Assembly: GCA_003219335.1 (NCBI GenBank)
Contig: QHOF01000001.1
Location: forward strand, 1,499-34,531
Direction: 5' to 3'
Source: Verrucomicrobiota bacterium
GTDB lineage: Bacteria > Verrucomicrobiota > Verrucomicrobiia > Chthoniobacterales > UBA10450
DNA length: 33,033 bases
Part shown: piece after piece, positions 17,446-26,018 of the stretch
How positions within the stretch are numbered: the stretch's first letter is position 1
How the letters are laid out: every line of letters starts with the position of its first letter
Program-made: the position numbers and the translations under genes
Notes under the pieces: model-generated
The model's database searches: none
What the model was told of the DNA's origin: nothing
The model's input: the letters and a program-made list of their open reading frames with translations, nothing else

Positions 17446-17952
17446 TTATTCAACAACCCAAACGGTGAGGTTGTGGGCGTTGCGGACCAATTCGTCTGCC
17501 ACGTGATGGTGGAAAAGTTCTTTAAGCCAGGAGAACGATTTTCTCCCGACTACGACCGTGTTGCATTTGTTCAATCGTCCCGCATCTAAGATATCACCGG
17601 CCAAGCCTTTGCTTTTGACATCAATCCAAAACTCCGTGTTTACGGCTTTAGCGGGAAGTCGTGCCTTCTTAAAAGTTGATTTTGCTTTTTTCAATATCGG
17701 TAATGCCTTTGTTTTGGCTTTTTCAATCCATTGTTCGCGTTTATCTTTGAGTTCGTTCTCCAGTTTCTCCTCCCTCTCAGGATCCTCCGACCCTCCGAAT
17801 TCCGTTAGTTCCGGCGGCAGGGGTCCAAGCACATTCAGCAAGCAAATAGTAAAGTCTCTCTTTCCCGCGATCATGTTGGCTACATAGTTAACCGCCCGCA
17901 TCGAGGCCTTTGAATCATCCACAGCGACGAGAATCCTGTTTTTTCTGTTCAT
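17446..17952 (-). CDS. Universal stress protein (single domain with a charged insert)
   Basis: NRILVAVDDSKASMRAVNYVANMI...VVVGRKSFSWLKELFHHHVADELVRNAHNLTVWVV. This is the USP fold pattern with a Lys/Glu-rich insertion. Confidence 0.8.
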   Translation of the reverse strand: MNRKNRILVAVDDSKASMRAVNYVANMIAGKRDFTICLLNVLGPLPPELTEFGGSEDPEREEKLENELKDKREQWIEKAKTKALPILKKAKSTFKKARLPAKAVNTEFWIDVKSKGLAGDILDAGRLNKCNTVVVGRKSFSWLKELFHHHVADELVRNAHNLTVWVVE

Positions 17953-17954
17953 TT

Positions 17955-17975
17955 AACTCTTGTCTGTTAAGAGTT
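17955..17975 (-). promoter_or_regulatory. AU-rich hairpin whose 3' arm contains the only SD-like element of the USP gene
   Basis: mRNA sense: A-run, AACUCUU, loop AACAGAC, AAGAGUU, AA, AUG(17952). The 7-bp stem has only 2 G-C pairs, and AAGAG lies within the 3' arm. Confidence 0.3.
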
Positions 17976-18100
17976 TTTTTTCGTACTACACCCTAAACCC
18001 TCTGTGCGAAGACTATGTCCACATCTGGCTCTGCCTTCACCGGACAGACAGGCCAGACAAAACCTCACGCCTGAACTGAGTGCGATCCCCGTTAAAGCAA

Positions 18101-18271
18101 TTATTTTTTGCTTTCGCCCAGAGATTTTTTTAGAAGTTCCAAAGTATTCTTCTTAGCTTCTTCCACCGATTGGCCGGCCGCTTTGGCTGCCTCCGCGAAG
18201 GTCTTATCAGTGATATTTTTGGCACTGCCTCCATCGTTGTCCGGCAATTCGCACCCGCAATTGTAACACAT
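18101..18271 (-). CDS. 56-aa Cys-triad microprotein (MCYNCGC...), function unknown
   Basis: ATG 18271 has AGGAGG 7 nt upstream; the track ORF 18101..18346 extends upstream without an RBS. Sequence: MCYNCGCELPDNDGGSAKNITDKTFAEAAKAAGQSVEEAKKNTLELLKKSLGESKK. Cys2, Cys5 and Cys7 are followed by a helical Lys/Glu/Ala-rich tail. Confidence 0.6.
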   Translation of the reverse strand: MCYNCGCELPDNDGGSAKNITDKTFAEAAKAAGQSVEEAKKNTLELLKKSLGESKK

Positions 18272-18424
18272 ATAGAAACCTCCTCTTTTCCGAGATCGAC
18301 CCGTATTATTCTGTAAAGATCGAGCCTGCCCCCGCGATTTCAACAAACTAAAACCGCCGATTGTCCGCGCCTCAGACCATGGAGCAAAACCTCCAGCTCT
18401 AAGGGCGCAGTCCGACTCAGCACC

Positions 18425-18634
18425 TTACTCCTCTAACGTGAAGCCTATGTTCAATATGACCTGATAATGCGCTACCTTCCCGTCTTCGATCTGCCCGCGT
18501 GTTTCGGTGACCTCGAACCAATCAAGGTTACGGACCGTTTTGGCAGCTTTCGCGATGGCTGTTTCGATGGCATCCTCAATACTGGTACTAGAAGACCCGG
18601 CGAGCTGAATGATTTTATAGACATGGTTACTCAT
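18425..18634 (-). CDS. Dodecin-family (flavin-storage) protein
   Basis: 69 aa with GGGGAGG RBS. MSNHVYKIIQLAGSSSTSIEDAIETAIAKAAKTVRNLDWFEVTETRGQIEDGKVAHYQVILNIGFTLEE matches the recalled bacterial dodecin pattern (hVYK..el.GsS..s.edAi..Ai..A.kT.rnl.WFEV.e.RG.i.dG.....QV.l..gF.le). Confidence 0.8.
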   Translation of the reverse strand: MSNHVYKIIQLAGSSSTSIEDAIETAIAKAAKTVRNLDWFEVTETRGQIEDGKVAHYQVILNIGFTLEE

Positions 18635-19282
18635 TGTTTGTTCCTCCCCTGACGCCCGACGGGCGTGCTCCTTACTGTTTCAATCTTCAATTGTCCAGCG
18701 TCTTCCACGCTGGCGAACTCTGCATGCTGTTCCATCACCATTTCCGGTTAACGACGTACAACGCAAATACGACGCCAGTTTTTCGAATGACCAGCATTGC
18801 TTTCACTTCCGTGCGATCACGTAGACTTTTTGCTCGGACGAATAAACTCTTGGTACCACTTCGTGGAGACATACCTGGGTTATGCAGCCTGGTCCGCTTG
18901 CGATGCCATACAATAACGCTTCAATTGCCGCACGTTTTTGCCACAATCTCTGCGCTCTTTCCTCGGTCTGTTCAATGGCAAACACTGATCTGCTCATCCC
19001 AGATTTTCCGGCACTTTTATTGCGTTAAGATTTGCACAGTCACAGGCGTTGAATCGGCGGCGCGACCGTTTAGCAGCAATCCAACGTATGTTGCGTCGCT
19101 GTTTATTCGAGTGTGAGAACGGGTCGGAGGCGAATCTTAAAGTTGCGGGATTAGATTCAAACGTCGCTCGGTCGGGGAAGACGAAATCAGGTCACTATAA
19201 AAATGGGGATGCGATCTCTGTTGAGCCGTGGCGGTCCAACGCGTTTCCAATGGTTCGGGATTTGATGTGAACCGCAGCGCGT

Positions 19283-19298
19283 TGGATAGGATTATCCA
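19283..19298. repeat. Palindrome TGGATAGGATTATCCA upstream of GH15 (copy 1 of a motif seen twice)
   Basis: TGGATA/TATCCA arms with a 4-nt spacer, nested in outer GCAGC(19274-19278)/GCTGC(19300-19304) arms. It lies 63 nt upstream of GTG 19361. Confidence 0.5.
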
Positions 19299-19360
19299 GG
19301 CTGCATCTCTGTTTCTGCCGGCAGCGCCCCCGGTTACCGGCCAGCATTTGATATCCTAAC

Positions 19361-21763
19361 GTGAATTCACTTGAAAACTCGGTCGCATTTGGCGCCCCCG
19401 GAATCGAACCCCGCTGGACGTCCAGCGCTAAAAACGGCCTCGGCACTGCCTATCATACGAGTTGCCGGCTGTGGTTCACGCTCAGCCATGGCATTGTCAA
19501 CGAAATCTACTATCCCTCCGTCGACGCACCGAACACGCGCGATTTTCAATTTCTTATCAGCGACGGAGAAACGTTTTGCCACGAGGAAAAACGCGACCTG
19601 GATCACCGGATCGAATACCCGGAAAAGGATTGTGTTTTTTACCGCCTCACCAATTCGGAACGCGACGGACGCTACCGTCTCGTAAAACACGTCCTTACAG
19701 ATCCACACCGGTCAGTGCTGCTCATGCACACTAAAGTTGAAGTGCTCGACGAGGAATTGCGCGGCAAGTTGCGCCTCTACGCGCTGCTGGCGCCGCACAT
19801 TGCGCGTCATGGCGCGGGTAACTCCGGCTGGTGTGCCGAAATCAGCGGCAACAAAGTGCTTCATGCCGAGCGCAAGGATGTTCATCTAATCATTGGATGC
19901 AGCGGAGGTTTTTCGCGACGATCCGTTGGCTTTGTCGGTGCTAGCGATGGGTGGCAGGATCTGATGAATAATTTCAAAATGGACTGGGAATTCCATGCCG
20001 CGGAGAATGGCAACATCGCGCTGACTGGGGAAATCGATCTTCAGGGCGGCGATGAGTTTACAATCGCAATTGCTCTGGGAGAAAGTTATCAGAGCACAGT
20101 GGCCGAATTGCTGCAATCGCTGGCGCAGCCGTTTGATGTTCACCGCGAAGCCTATGTTCGCCAGTGGCAGCGCACGGTTGTCAATCCAAAGTATGATTTC
20201 AGCGACCAGACGTCGGACGGCGGTCAGATCTATCGCCTGAGCCGCTGCATCCTGCTCGCCCATGAAGATAAATCGTTTCAAGGCGCGCTGGTTGCGTCGA
20301 TGAGCATCCCGTGGGGTGAGACACGAAATGACGATGATCTGGGCGGATATCATCTTGTCTGGACACGCGACCTGGCGCAGAGCGCGACCGCACTCCTGGC
20401 AACAGGCCAGACCGGAACCCCGTTGCGCGCTTTGATCTGGCTCGCGGCCATCCAGGGAACGGACGGCAGGTTTCCCCAAAATAGCTGGATCAATGGGAAC
20501 GCGTATTGGTCCGGTGTGCAACTCGATGAAATTGCCGCCCCAATCCTGCTTGCGTGGCGTTTGCGCAGCGAAGGCGTCCCGCTAGGGTTGTTCGATCCGT
20601 GCGTCATGATTTTCCGCGCAGCAGCATATCTCATCCGGCAGGGGCCGGTAACCGCACAAGAACGCTGGGAGGAAAACGCCGGCTATTCACCCTCGACGCT
20701 CGCTACAATGATTGCCAGTCTCGTGTGTGCCGCGGAGTTCGCCAGACAGCGCGATGAAACGAGTACGGCGGATTTCATTCTGGAGTATGCTGACTGGTTG
20801 GCGGCGCACGTTGAAGAATGGACCGTCACTACATGCGGTCAATCGGTCGAAGGTTTTCCGCGTCACTACATTCGCATCAATCCCACTGATCCAGAGTCAC
20901 CCGATCCGCACGCCGATCCGAACACAACGATGCTCGCGGTGGCCAACGGCGGCGGCCTCCATCCGGCAAGGAACGTTGTCGGCGGTGATTTTCTTCACTT
21001 GGTGCGGCTGGGCATTCGTGCTGCGAACCATCCCATCGTCCGTGATTCGATCGAAGTCATCGATCGCATACTCAAGCGCGACTTGCCGCAAGGTCCGTGC
21101 TGGCGCCGCTACAATCATGATGGTTATGGGCAGAAGGAGGACGGCAGCGCTTTCGATGGCAGGGGCGTGGGCCGCTCCTGGCCGATTTTGACGGGGGAAC
21201 GCGGCCATTACGAGATTGCTGCCGGACGCGATCCAATGCCGTTCATTTCCGCGATGGAAAAGTTTGCCAACGAAGGTGGCATGATCAGCGAGCAGTTGTG
21301 GGACGCCGAAGATCTGCCGGAGAGAAATATGAGGCGCGGTCGGCCAACGGGTGCGGCCATGCCGTTGTGTTGGTCGCATGCCGAATATGTCTCACTCGTG
21401 CGTAGTGCTCACGACGGCATCTCTTTTGACCGGGTCGAACCGGCATTCCAGCGTTATGTCATCAAGCCGGTGCATAGCCGGCATGAGATCTGGAGCTTCC
21501 GCTACCAGCTTCGCCGACTGTCCCATGGAAGAACCTTGCGCCTCATCGTTGCGGCAGACGCGACTATTGTCTGGTCAGCCAATGATTGGGCGAGCACCAA
21601 CAGGGCGGATGCCATTAATAACAGCGTCCTGAATTTATGGTTCGCAGATCTTCCAACGGAGAACTGTCCTGCCGATTTGGTGATCGAGTTTACATTTTTC
21701 TGGAAAGAAGCTCAGCGCTGGGAAGGCAGGAATTATAGAGTCGCTGTAAGCGAACCAAAGTAA
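19361..21763 (+). CDS. Glycoside hydrolase family 15 glucoamylase/glucodextranase-like enzyme
   Basis: 800 aa with GTG start (in-frame TGA at 19349). N-domain: APGIEPRWTSSAKNGLGTAY...WFTLSHGIVNEIYYPSVDAPNTRDFQFLISDG. Catalytic domain: YHLVWTRDLAQSA, ERWEENAGYSPSTLA. Confidence 0.88.
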   Translation: MNSLENSVAFGAPGIEPRWTSSAKNGLGTAYHTSCRLWFTLSHGIVNEIYYPSVDAPNTRDFQFLISDGETFCHEEKRDLDHRIEYPEKDCVFYRLTNSERDGRYRLVKHVLTDPHRSVLLMHTKVEVLDEELRGKLRLYALLAPHIARHGAGNSGWCAEISGNKVLHAERKDVHLIIGCSGGFSRRSVGFVGASDGWQDLMNNFKMDWEFHAAENGNIALTGEIDLQGGDEFTIAIALGESYQSTVAELLQSLAQPFDVHREAYVRQWQRTVVNPKYDFSDQTSDGGQIYRLSRCILLAHEDKSFQGALVASMSIPWGETRNDDDLGGYHLVWTRDLAQSATALLATGQTGTPLRALIWLAAIQGTDGRFPQNSWINGNAYWSGVQLDEIAAPILLAWRLRSEGVPLGLFDPCVMIFRAAAYLIRQGPVTAQERWEENAGYSPSTLATMIASLVCAAEFARQRDETSTADFILEYADWLAAHVEEWTVTTCGQSVEGFPRHYIRINPTDPESPDPHADPNTTMLAVANGGGLHPARNVVGGDFLHLVRLGIRAANHPIVRDSIEVIDRILKRDLPQGPCWRRYNHDGYGQKEDGSAFDGRGVGRSWPILTGERGHYEIAAGRDPMPFISAMEKFANEGGMISEQLWDAEDLPERNMRRGRPTGAAMPLCWSHAEYVSLVRSAHDGISFDRVEPAFQRYVIKPVHSRHEIWSFRYQLRRLSHGRTLRLIVAADATIVWSANDWASTNRADAINNSVLNLWFADLPTENCPADLVIEFTFFWKEAQRWEGRNYRVAVSEPK

Positions 21764-21837
21764 TGATGCGTCTGTGATGCGGAAAAGTATTAAAAAATGA
21801 GCGTGCCTCGAATCAATAGTAAGAGAGCTGCTCTCGG

Positions 21838-22449
21838 ATGAAAAGAATGCCAAGGCGTGAACCTTCGCTGATCGTACTGACGATTGGGCATTCCACACGC
21901 ACGGTCGAGGAATTCATTGGCCTGCTTCAGGCGCACGGCGTATCTCGCGTAATAGATGTGCGGACGGTGCCGTGCTCCCGGCACAACCCTCAATTCAATA
22001 AGACTTCGCTGCCAGGCTCGTTGAAGAAAGCCGGATTGAGCTACGTTCACCTGCCGGGACTCGGCGGGCTGCGTCATGCTCAGCGCGATTCGGTCAACCT
22101 GGGCTGGCACAATGCTTCCTTTCGAGGTTATGCGGATTATATGCAGACGCCGGAGTTTGAGAAGAACCTCGAGGAATTAGTTCAATTGGCGAAGCAAGAC
22201 CGGATCGCATTGATGTGCGCTGAAGCGGTGCCTTGGCGCTGTCATCGCTCGCTCATCGCAGATGCTTTGTTAGTTCGTGGGATTCGCACCGAAGACATCA
22301 TGAGCCCAACTCGCCGCCAGGTTCATACTCTGACTCCCTTCGCCAAAGTCCGGGGCACCACGATCACATATCCGACCGAGGCATCACGGAGCACTGCAAA
22401 GAAGCCGTCGGCCAAACGTTCCCGGTCGCAGCCCGTCGAGAAAACCTGA
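21838..22449 (+). CDS. DUF488 family protein
   Basis: LTIGHSTRTVEEFIGLLQAHGVSRVIDVRTVPCSRHNPQFNK...ALMCAEAVPWRCHRSLIADAL is the DUF488 (YeaO-like) pattern. The tail is basic. Confidence 0.8.
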   Translation: MKRMPRREPSLIVLTIGHSTRTVEEFIGLLQAHGVSRVIDVRTVPCSRHNPQFNKTSLPGSLKKAGLSYVHLPGLGGLRHAQRDSVNLGWHNASFRGYADYMQTPEFEKNLEELVQLAKQDRIALMCAEAVPWRCHRSLIADALLVRGIRTEDIMSPTRRQVHTLTPFAKVRGTTITYPTEASRSTAKKPSAKRSRSQPVEKT

Positions 22450-22481
22450 AACGATCTCCACCCCATAACTCACGACGCCGA

Positions 22482-22496
22482 TTGGATAGGTTATCC
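22482..22496. repeat. Palindrome TTGGATAGGTTATCC downstream of DUF488 (copy 2)
   Basis: Shares TTGGATAGG and TTATCC with 19282-19297, differing by a 1-nt deletion in the spacer. It lies 33 nt after the DUF488 stop. Confidence 0.45.
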
Positions 22497-22498
22497 TG

Positions 22499-22851
22499 TT
22501 AGACGCCAAATGCAGGGTCAATAAGACTTCGGCATCGGAGAGAATTCCCGTGAGAAGTGGCCTGATGAATGAACAGAATAAACGGAAGCACATCATCGGG
22601 CAGCTTGCGGAATTGCGCTCCAGCAACGATAAGCTGATCCAGATCGCGCGAAGTATCGTTGTCTATGGAGCACAGATAAGGTGCCTAAGATCACGCGTCG
22701 ATTCTTCAGCTCGTGTCTCTGGCGCGCTGATTGTGACGAGCTCGGCGAGTACCTGGAGCGAGAAGTCGGGAAGAAGTCCTCTTTCAAGCATCGACCGACG
22801 AGCAAGTTTTTTTAAGATAGAGCGGTGTTGTCTGTCGTTTTTATCCGTCAT
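22499..22851 (-). pseudogene. RNB-domain ribonuclease (RNase II/R-like) N-terminal remnant, frameshifted and truncated
   Basis: Track ORF 22663..22851: MTDKNDRQHRSILKKLARRSMLERGLLPDFSLQVLAELVTISAPE...RDLRHL. After a frameshift it continues as CSIDNDTSRDLDQLIVAG (own translation), the start of the RNB catalytic domain. It terminates at 22499 with no further RNB sequence. Confidence 0.5.
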
Positions 22852-22888
22852 GCCGTCACTGATAAAGGATCTGCCCTGTTCAGTACCT

Positions 22889-25411
22889 TCAAAATTTCAC
22901 CTTTTTGTAAAAAACCGTCTTCACCATTTCCGCTGCGATAATGTAAAGCATGACAATTACCACTATGAGCAAAAGGAACGAAATCGGCAGCCGGCTAAAT
23001 CCAAAAATCTCACCAAGCGGCGTGAAGGGCACAACCACCGTCACGATAACAGTCAATAGAGTCGCCATTAAGAGATACTTCGAGGGTCTACTCTTGAAGG
23101 AAGGTTTCCGACTTCGAATAACAAGCACAATCAAGGACGCTGAAATAACCGACTCCAGAAACCAGCCGGTTCTGAACTGATCCTGGGTCGCATGAAGCAT
23201 GATCAAAAGTGCGGCGAAGGTGAGGTAGTCAAACACCGAACTCAGCAGGCCGAAGGTTATCATAAACTTGCGAATGGCCTTGATGTCCCAGCGCCGCGGA
23301 TGGTCAACCATTTCGCTATCCACCCGGTCGGTGGCGATGGTCATCTCGGGAAAATCGGTCATCAGGTTGGTGAGCAAGATCTGCTTGGGCAGCAATGGGA
23401 GAAACGGCAGGTAGAGCGATACTCCGGCCATGCTGAACATGTTGCCGAAATTGGCGCTGGTGGCCATGAAGACATACTTGAGCGTGTTCGCGAAGGTCGT
23501 CCGTCCTTCACGCACGCCCTGCACAAGGACACCCAGATCCTTTTCGAGTAAGACGATATCAGCCGCCTCTTTGGCAACATCGACGGCGCTCTCAACGGAA
23601 ATACCAACATCGGCGGCATGGAGCGTCGAGGCATCATTGATGCCGTCTCCCATATAACCGACGACGTTTCCAGCCGTCTTGAGGGCGAGGATGATGCGCT
23701 CTTTCTGGTTGGGCTCGATTTCGGCGAAGACGTCCACGTCAACCAGATGTTTGAGCAGCGCGCCATCGCTTAGCCGGCGAAGGTCCGGCCCTGTGAGGAT
23801 TTTTGTACTCGATAATCCCATCTGTTGACTGACATTGGCCGCGACCAGGTGATTGTCTCCGGTGATGATCTTCAGTGCAACGCCGAGGTTTTTCAGGCTG
23901 GCAATGGTCTCGATGATCTTGGGCTTGGGCGGATCAAAAAGAACAAGGAATCCCAAAAACGTCATGCCGGCCTCGTCGACTTTGCTCATCAGTGATGCAG
24001 ATCCCATATTTTTATATGCGACGCCGAGGGTGCGAAAGCCCTTATTACTGAACTCCTCGAAGTGCTGCTGGATTTGGACCTGCACCACGGCGATATCGAC
24101 GAGGGTTCCCGCTCCAGTTTCCGCCGCTGAACAGACGGCAAGCACATTTTGCAGCGCGCCTTTGGTCACCATCAGATGGGTATCATCATGAGCAACCAGA
24201 ACGCTCAATCGCCTCCGAAGAAAATCATACGGGATTTCGTCCGCCTTCCGGTAGCCGGACAGGTCAAACTGGCACTGGGCGCGGATAGCTGCATCGATGG
24301 GGTTTGTAAAGCCGGTCTCGTAAAACGCATTGAGATACGCATGAAGAAGCACTTTATCGCTTGAAGCACCTGTCACATCAAGGGCGGATTGTAAGCGCAC
24401 GCTGCCTTCGGTCAGGGTGCCGGTCTTATCGGAGCAGATCACGTTCATGCTGCCGAAGTTTTCAATCGAAGCGAGCCGTTTGACGATCACTCTTGCTTGC
24501 GCCATCCGTTTGGCGCCGTGGGCAAGATTGATGCTGATGATTGCCGGCAACAGTTGCGGAGTGAGGCCAACCGCGAGTGCCAGGGAAAAGAGGAAGGAGT
24601 CCAGAATCGGACGCGCCAAGTAGACGTTGATAGCGAAGATAGCCATCACCAGCACGAGCGTCACTTCCATGAGGAAATAACCGAATCGCCGTATGCCACG
24701 TTCAAAGTCCGTTTCCTGCGGCCGGAGTCTTAACCGCTCGGAGACCTTGCCGAACTCGGTTTGCTTGCCTGTGGTTATGACCAGCGCCTTAGCGCTGCCG
24801 CTAACCACATGAGTTCCCATCCATAGCGCATTTGTCCGCTGGCCAAGCGGTGTCTCCGGCGCAAGCACCCCAACGGATTTCTCTACAGGGTAGGTTTCAC
24901 CCGTCAGGGTTGCTTCATCGACAAAGAGATCTTTAGATTCATCAACCAGACAGTCACCCGGGACGATATCTCCGGCGTTTAGAATGACGATATCTCCGGG
25001 CACAATCTCTTCGACGGGAATTTCATAAGGCCTTCCATCACGAAGCACGGTAGCCTTAATTTGCACCATGGCCAGCAGTTGCTCCACGGCGTTGGTTGCG
25101 CTGTGCTCTTGCCAAAACCCGAGAAGGCCGCTTACGAGGACAATTGTGAGAATGATGAGAGCGTTAACAGGATCGTGTAAAAAAAATGACAATCCAGTGG
25201 CAAACAAAAGAAGGAGGATGAGCGGGCTCTTGAATTGAGCCAACAGGAGCGTGAGCACATCCGACCGCTTTTGGGGCTCCAGGAGATTAGAGCCATAGCG
25301 GGCGAGCCGCTGCCTGGCTTCCTCACTGCTCAATCCTTCCGTTGCCGTTTCAAGGCGCTGGAGTATCTCGATCGCAGAGACGCACCAGAAGGCCGAAAGG
25401 AGTTGGTTCAT
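22889..25411 (-). CDS. mgtA: Magnesium-translocating P-type ATPase (MgtA/MgtB type)
   Basis: GLSSEEARQRLARYGSNLL, TGE, CSDKTGTLT, MVTKGA, TGDN, GDGINDA, and the C-terminal WFLESVISASLIVLVIRS typical of MgtA. ATG 25411 is preferred. The track ORF begins at TTG 25468, overlapping the upstream gene by 35 nt. Confidence 0.88.
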   Translation of the reverse strand: MNQLLSAFWCVSAIEILQRLETATEGLSSEEARQRLARYGSNLLEPQKRSDVLTLLLAQFKSPLILLLLFATGLSFFLHDPVNALIILTIVLVSGLLGFWQEHSATNAVEQLLAMVQIKATVLRDGRPYEIPVEEIVPGDIVILNAGDIVPGDCLVDESKDLFVDEATLTGETYPVEKSVGVLAPETPLGQRTNALWMGTHVVSGSAKALVITTGKQTEFGKVSERLRLRPQETDFERGIRRFGYFLMEVTLVLVMAIFAINVYLARPILDSFLFSLALAVGLTPQLLPAIISINLAHGAKRMAQARVIVKRLASIENFGSMNVICSDKTGTLTEGSVRLQSALDVTGASSDKVLLHAYLNAFYETGFTNPIDAAIRAQCQFDLSGYRKADEIPYDFLRRRLSVLVAHDDTHLMVTKGALQNVLAVCSAAETGAGTLVDIAVVQVQIQQHFEEFSNKGFRTLGVAYKNMGSASLMSKVDEAGMTFLGFLVLFDPPKPKIIETIASLKNLGVALKIITGDNHLVAANVSQQMGLSSTKILTGPDLRRLSDGALLKHLVDVDVFAEIEPNQKERIILALKTAGNVVGYMGDGINDASTLHAADVGISVESAVDVAKEAADIVLLEKDLGVLVQGVREGRTTFANTLKYVFMATSANFGNMFSMAGVSLYLPFLPLLPKQILLTNLMTDFPEMTIATDRVDSEMVDHPRRWDIKAIRKFMITFGLLSSVFDYLTFAALLIMLHATQDQFRTGWFLESVISASLIVLVIRSRKPSFKSRPSKYLLMATLLTVIVTVVVPFTPLGEIFGFSRLPISFLLLIVVIVMLYIIAAEMVKTVFYKKVKF

Positions 25412-25433
25412 ACCGATTGTTGAACTTACAACC

Positions 25434-25820
25434 TTATTTTCGAAAGTGTTGTCGAACTTTTGCCGCAATCTGGCGATCGGTCATCTTGTCGACTGTTTCA
25501 ATGCCGACGATGCGCTCACCAAGTCCCTTATTCGCAAGTCGTTTTTGGAGCTCGCCCTTTGCCTCGCCAGGACCAAAGATCAAAATAGATTCTGAATCGC
25601 GAAGATGCGAGGTTACCTCGTCATAGTATCTGTTAAGATGGCTGGTAAATTGTCTGTCTCGCTGGTCGTCTGCCTTGCCTTCTTCTGCTCTAGAACCGCC
25701 AGAAAATCGGACATGCTTCTCCATGCCTGATTCTATTCGCCTCGTTTCTTCTCCGTCGTCTTCGATAAACACGATAAACGTCTCGCTGTGGTCAATCCAC
25801 AAACCCGCTTGTCTTTTCAT
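25434..25820 (-). CDS. Small eRF1/Pelota-domain-like protein (family often annotated 'translational machinery protein'; assignment from memory)
   Basis: 128 aa with AAAGGAGGGA RBS. MKRQAGLWIDHSETFIVFIEDDG...SILIFGPGEAKGELQKRLANKGLGERIVGIETVDKMTDRQIAAKVRQHF. The WIDH..a.I N-terminus and the GPGeaK..l segment resemble eRF1-like domain proteins. Confidence 0.5.
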   Translation of the reverse strand: MKRQAGLWIDHSETFIVFIEDDGEETRRIESGMEKHVRFSGGSRAEEGKADDQRDRQFTSHLNRYYDEVTSHLRDSESILIFGPGEAKGELQKRLANKGLGERIVGIETVDKMTDRQIAAKVRQHFRK

Positions 25821-25945
25821 AGATCCCTCCTTTGCCTACGCAATCCGCCTGATATCTTTCAGGGGAGCATCGCGCCGTGCTTGGGCCCGCCGTGGGCTGG
25901 CTCTGAAGGCCGTTCCGCATCAGTGACTCCCTCAAAGCATCACAC

Positions 25946-25961
25946 GCTTGCAACCGCAAGC
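25946..25961 (-). terminator. Candidate terminator hairpin after the tandem USP gene
   Basis: In mRNA sense: GCUUGC GGUU GCAAGC, then GUGUGAUGCUUU. The stem is 6 bp and the U-tract is poor. Confidence 0.25.
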
Positions 25962-26018
25962 CTTATTGGTTAGCAGTGGTTGCCATTTCTTGAGCAGGCG
26001 CTGGACTCTCCTGTGCCG

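Noticed and set aside
17955-17981. Plus-strand intrinsic terminator (7-bp stem + T6)
   Set aside because: No plus-strand gene ends nearby. The structure is better interpreted in the minus-strand mRNA as an RBS-sequestering hairpin (see findings).
18634-19270. ORFs 18634..19116 (+, 160 aa), 18803..18997 (-, 64 aa) and 19049..19270 (+)
   Set aside because: No RBS, unconvincing composition and no recognisable motifs. The ~720-nt gap upstream of GH15 is probably non-coding or decayed. I could not assign an RNA family.
22550-23059. 169-codon plus-strand ORF
   Set aside because: It is antisense to the RNB remnant and to the 3' end of mgtA, and its translation is not protein-like.
25821-26018. Looked for an M-box (Mg2+ riboswitch) or mgtL-like leader upstream of the ATPase operon
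   Set aside because: No similarity to the remembered M-box core. Only a short hairpin (25946-25961) is present, better explained as the USP terminator.
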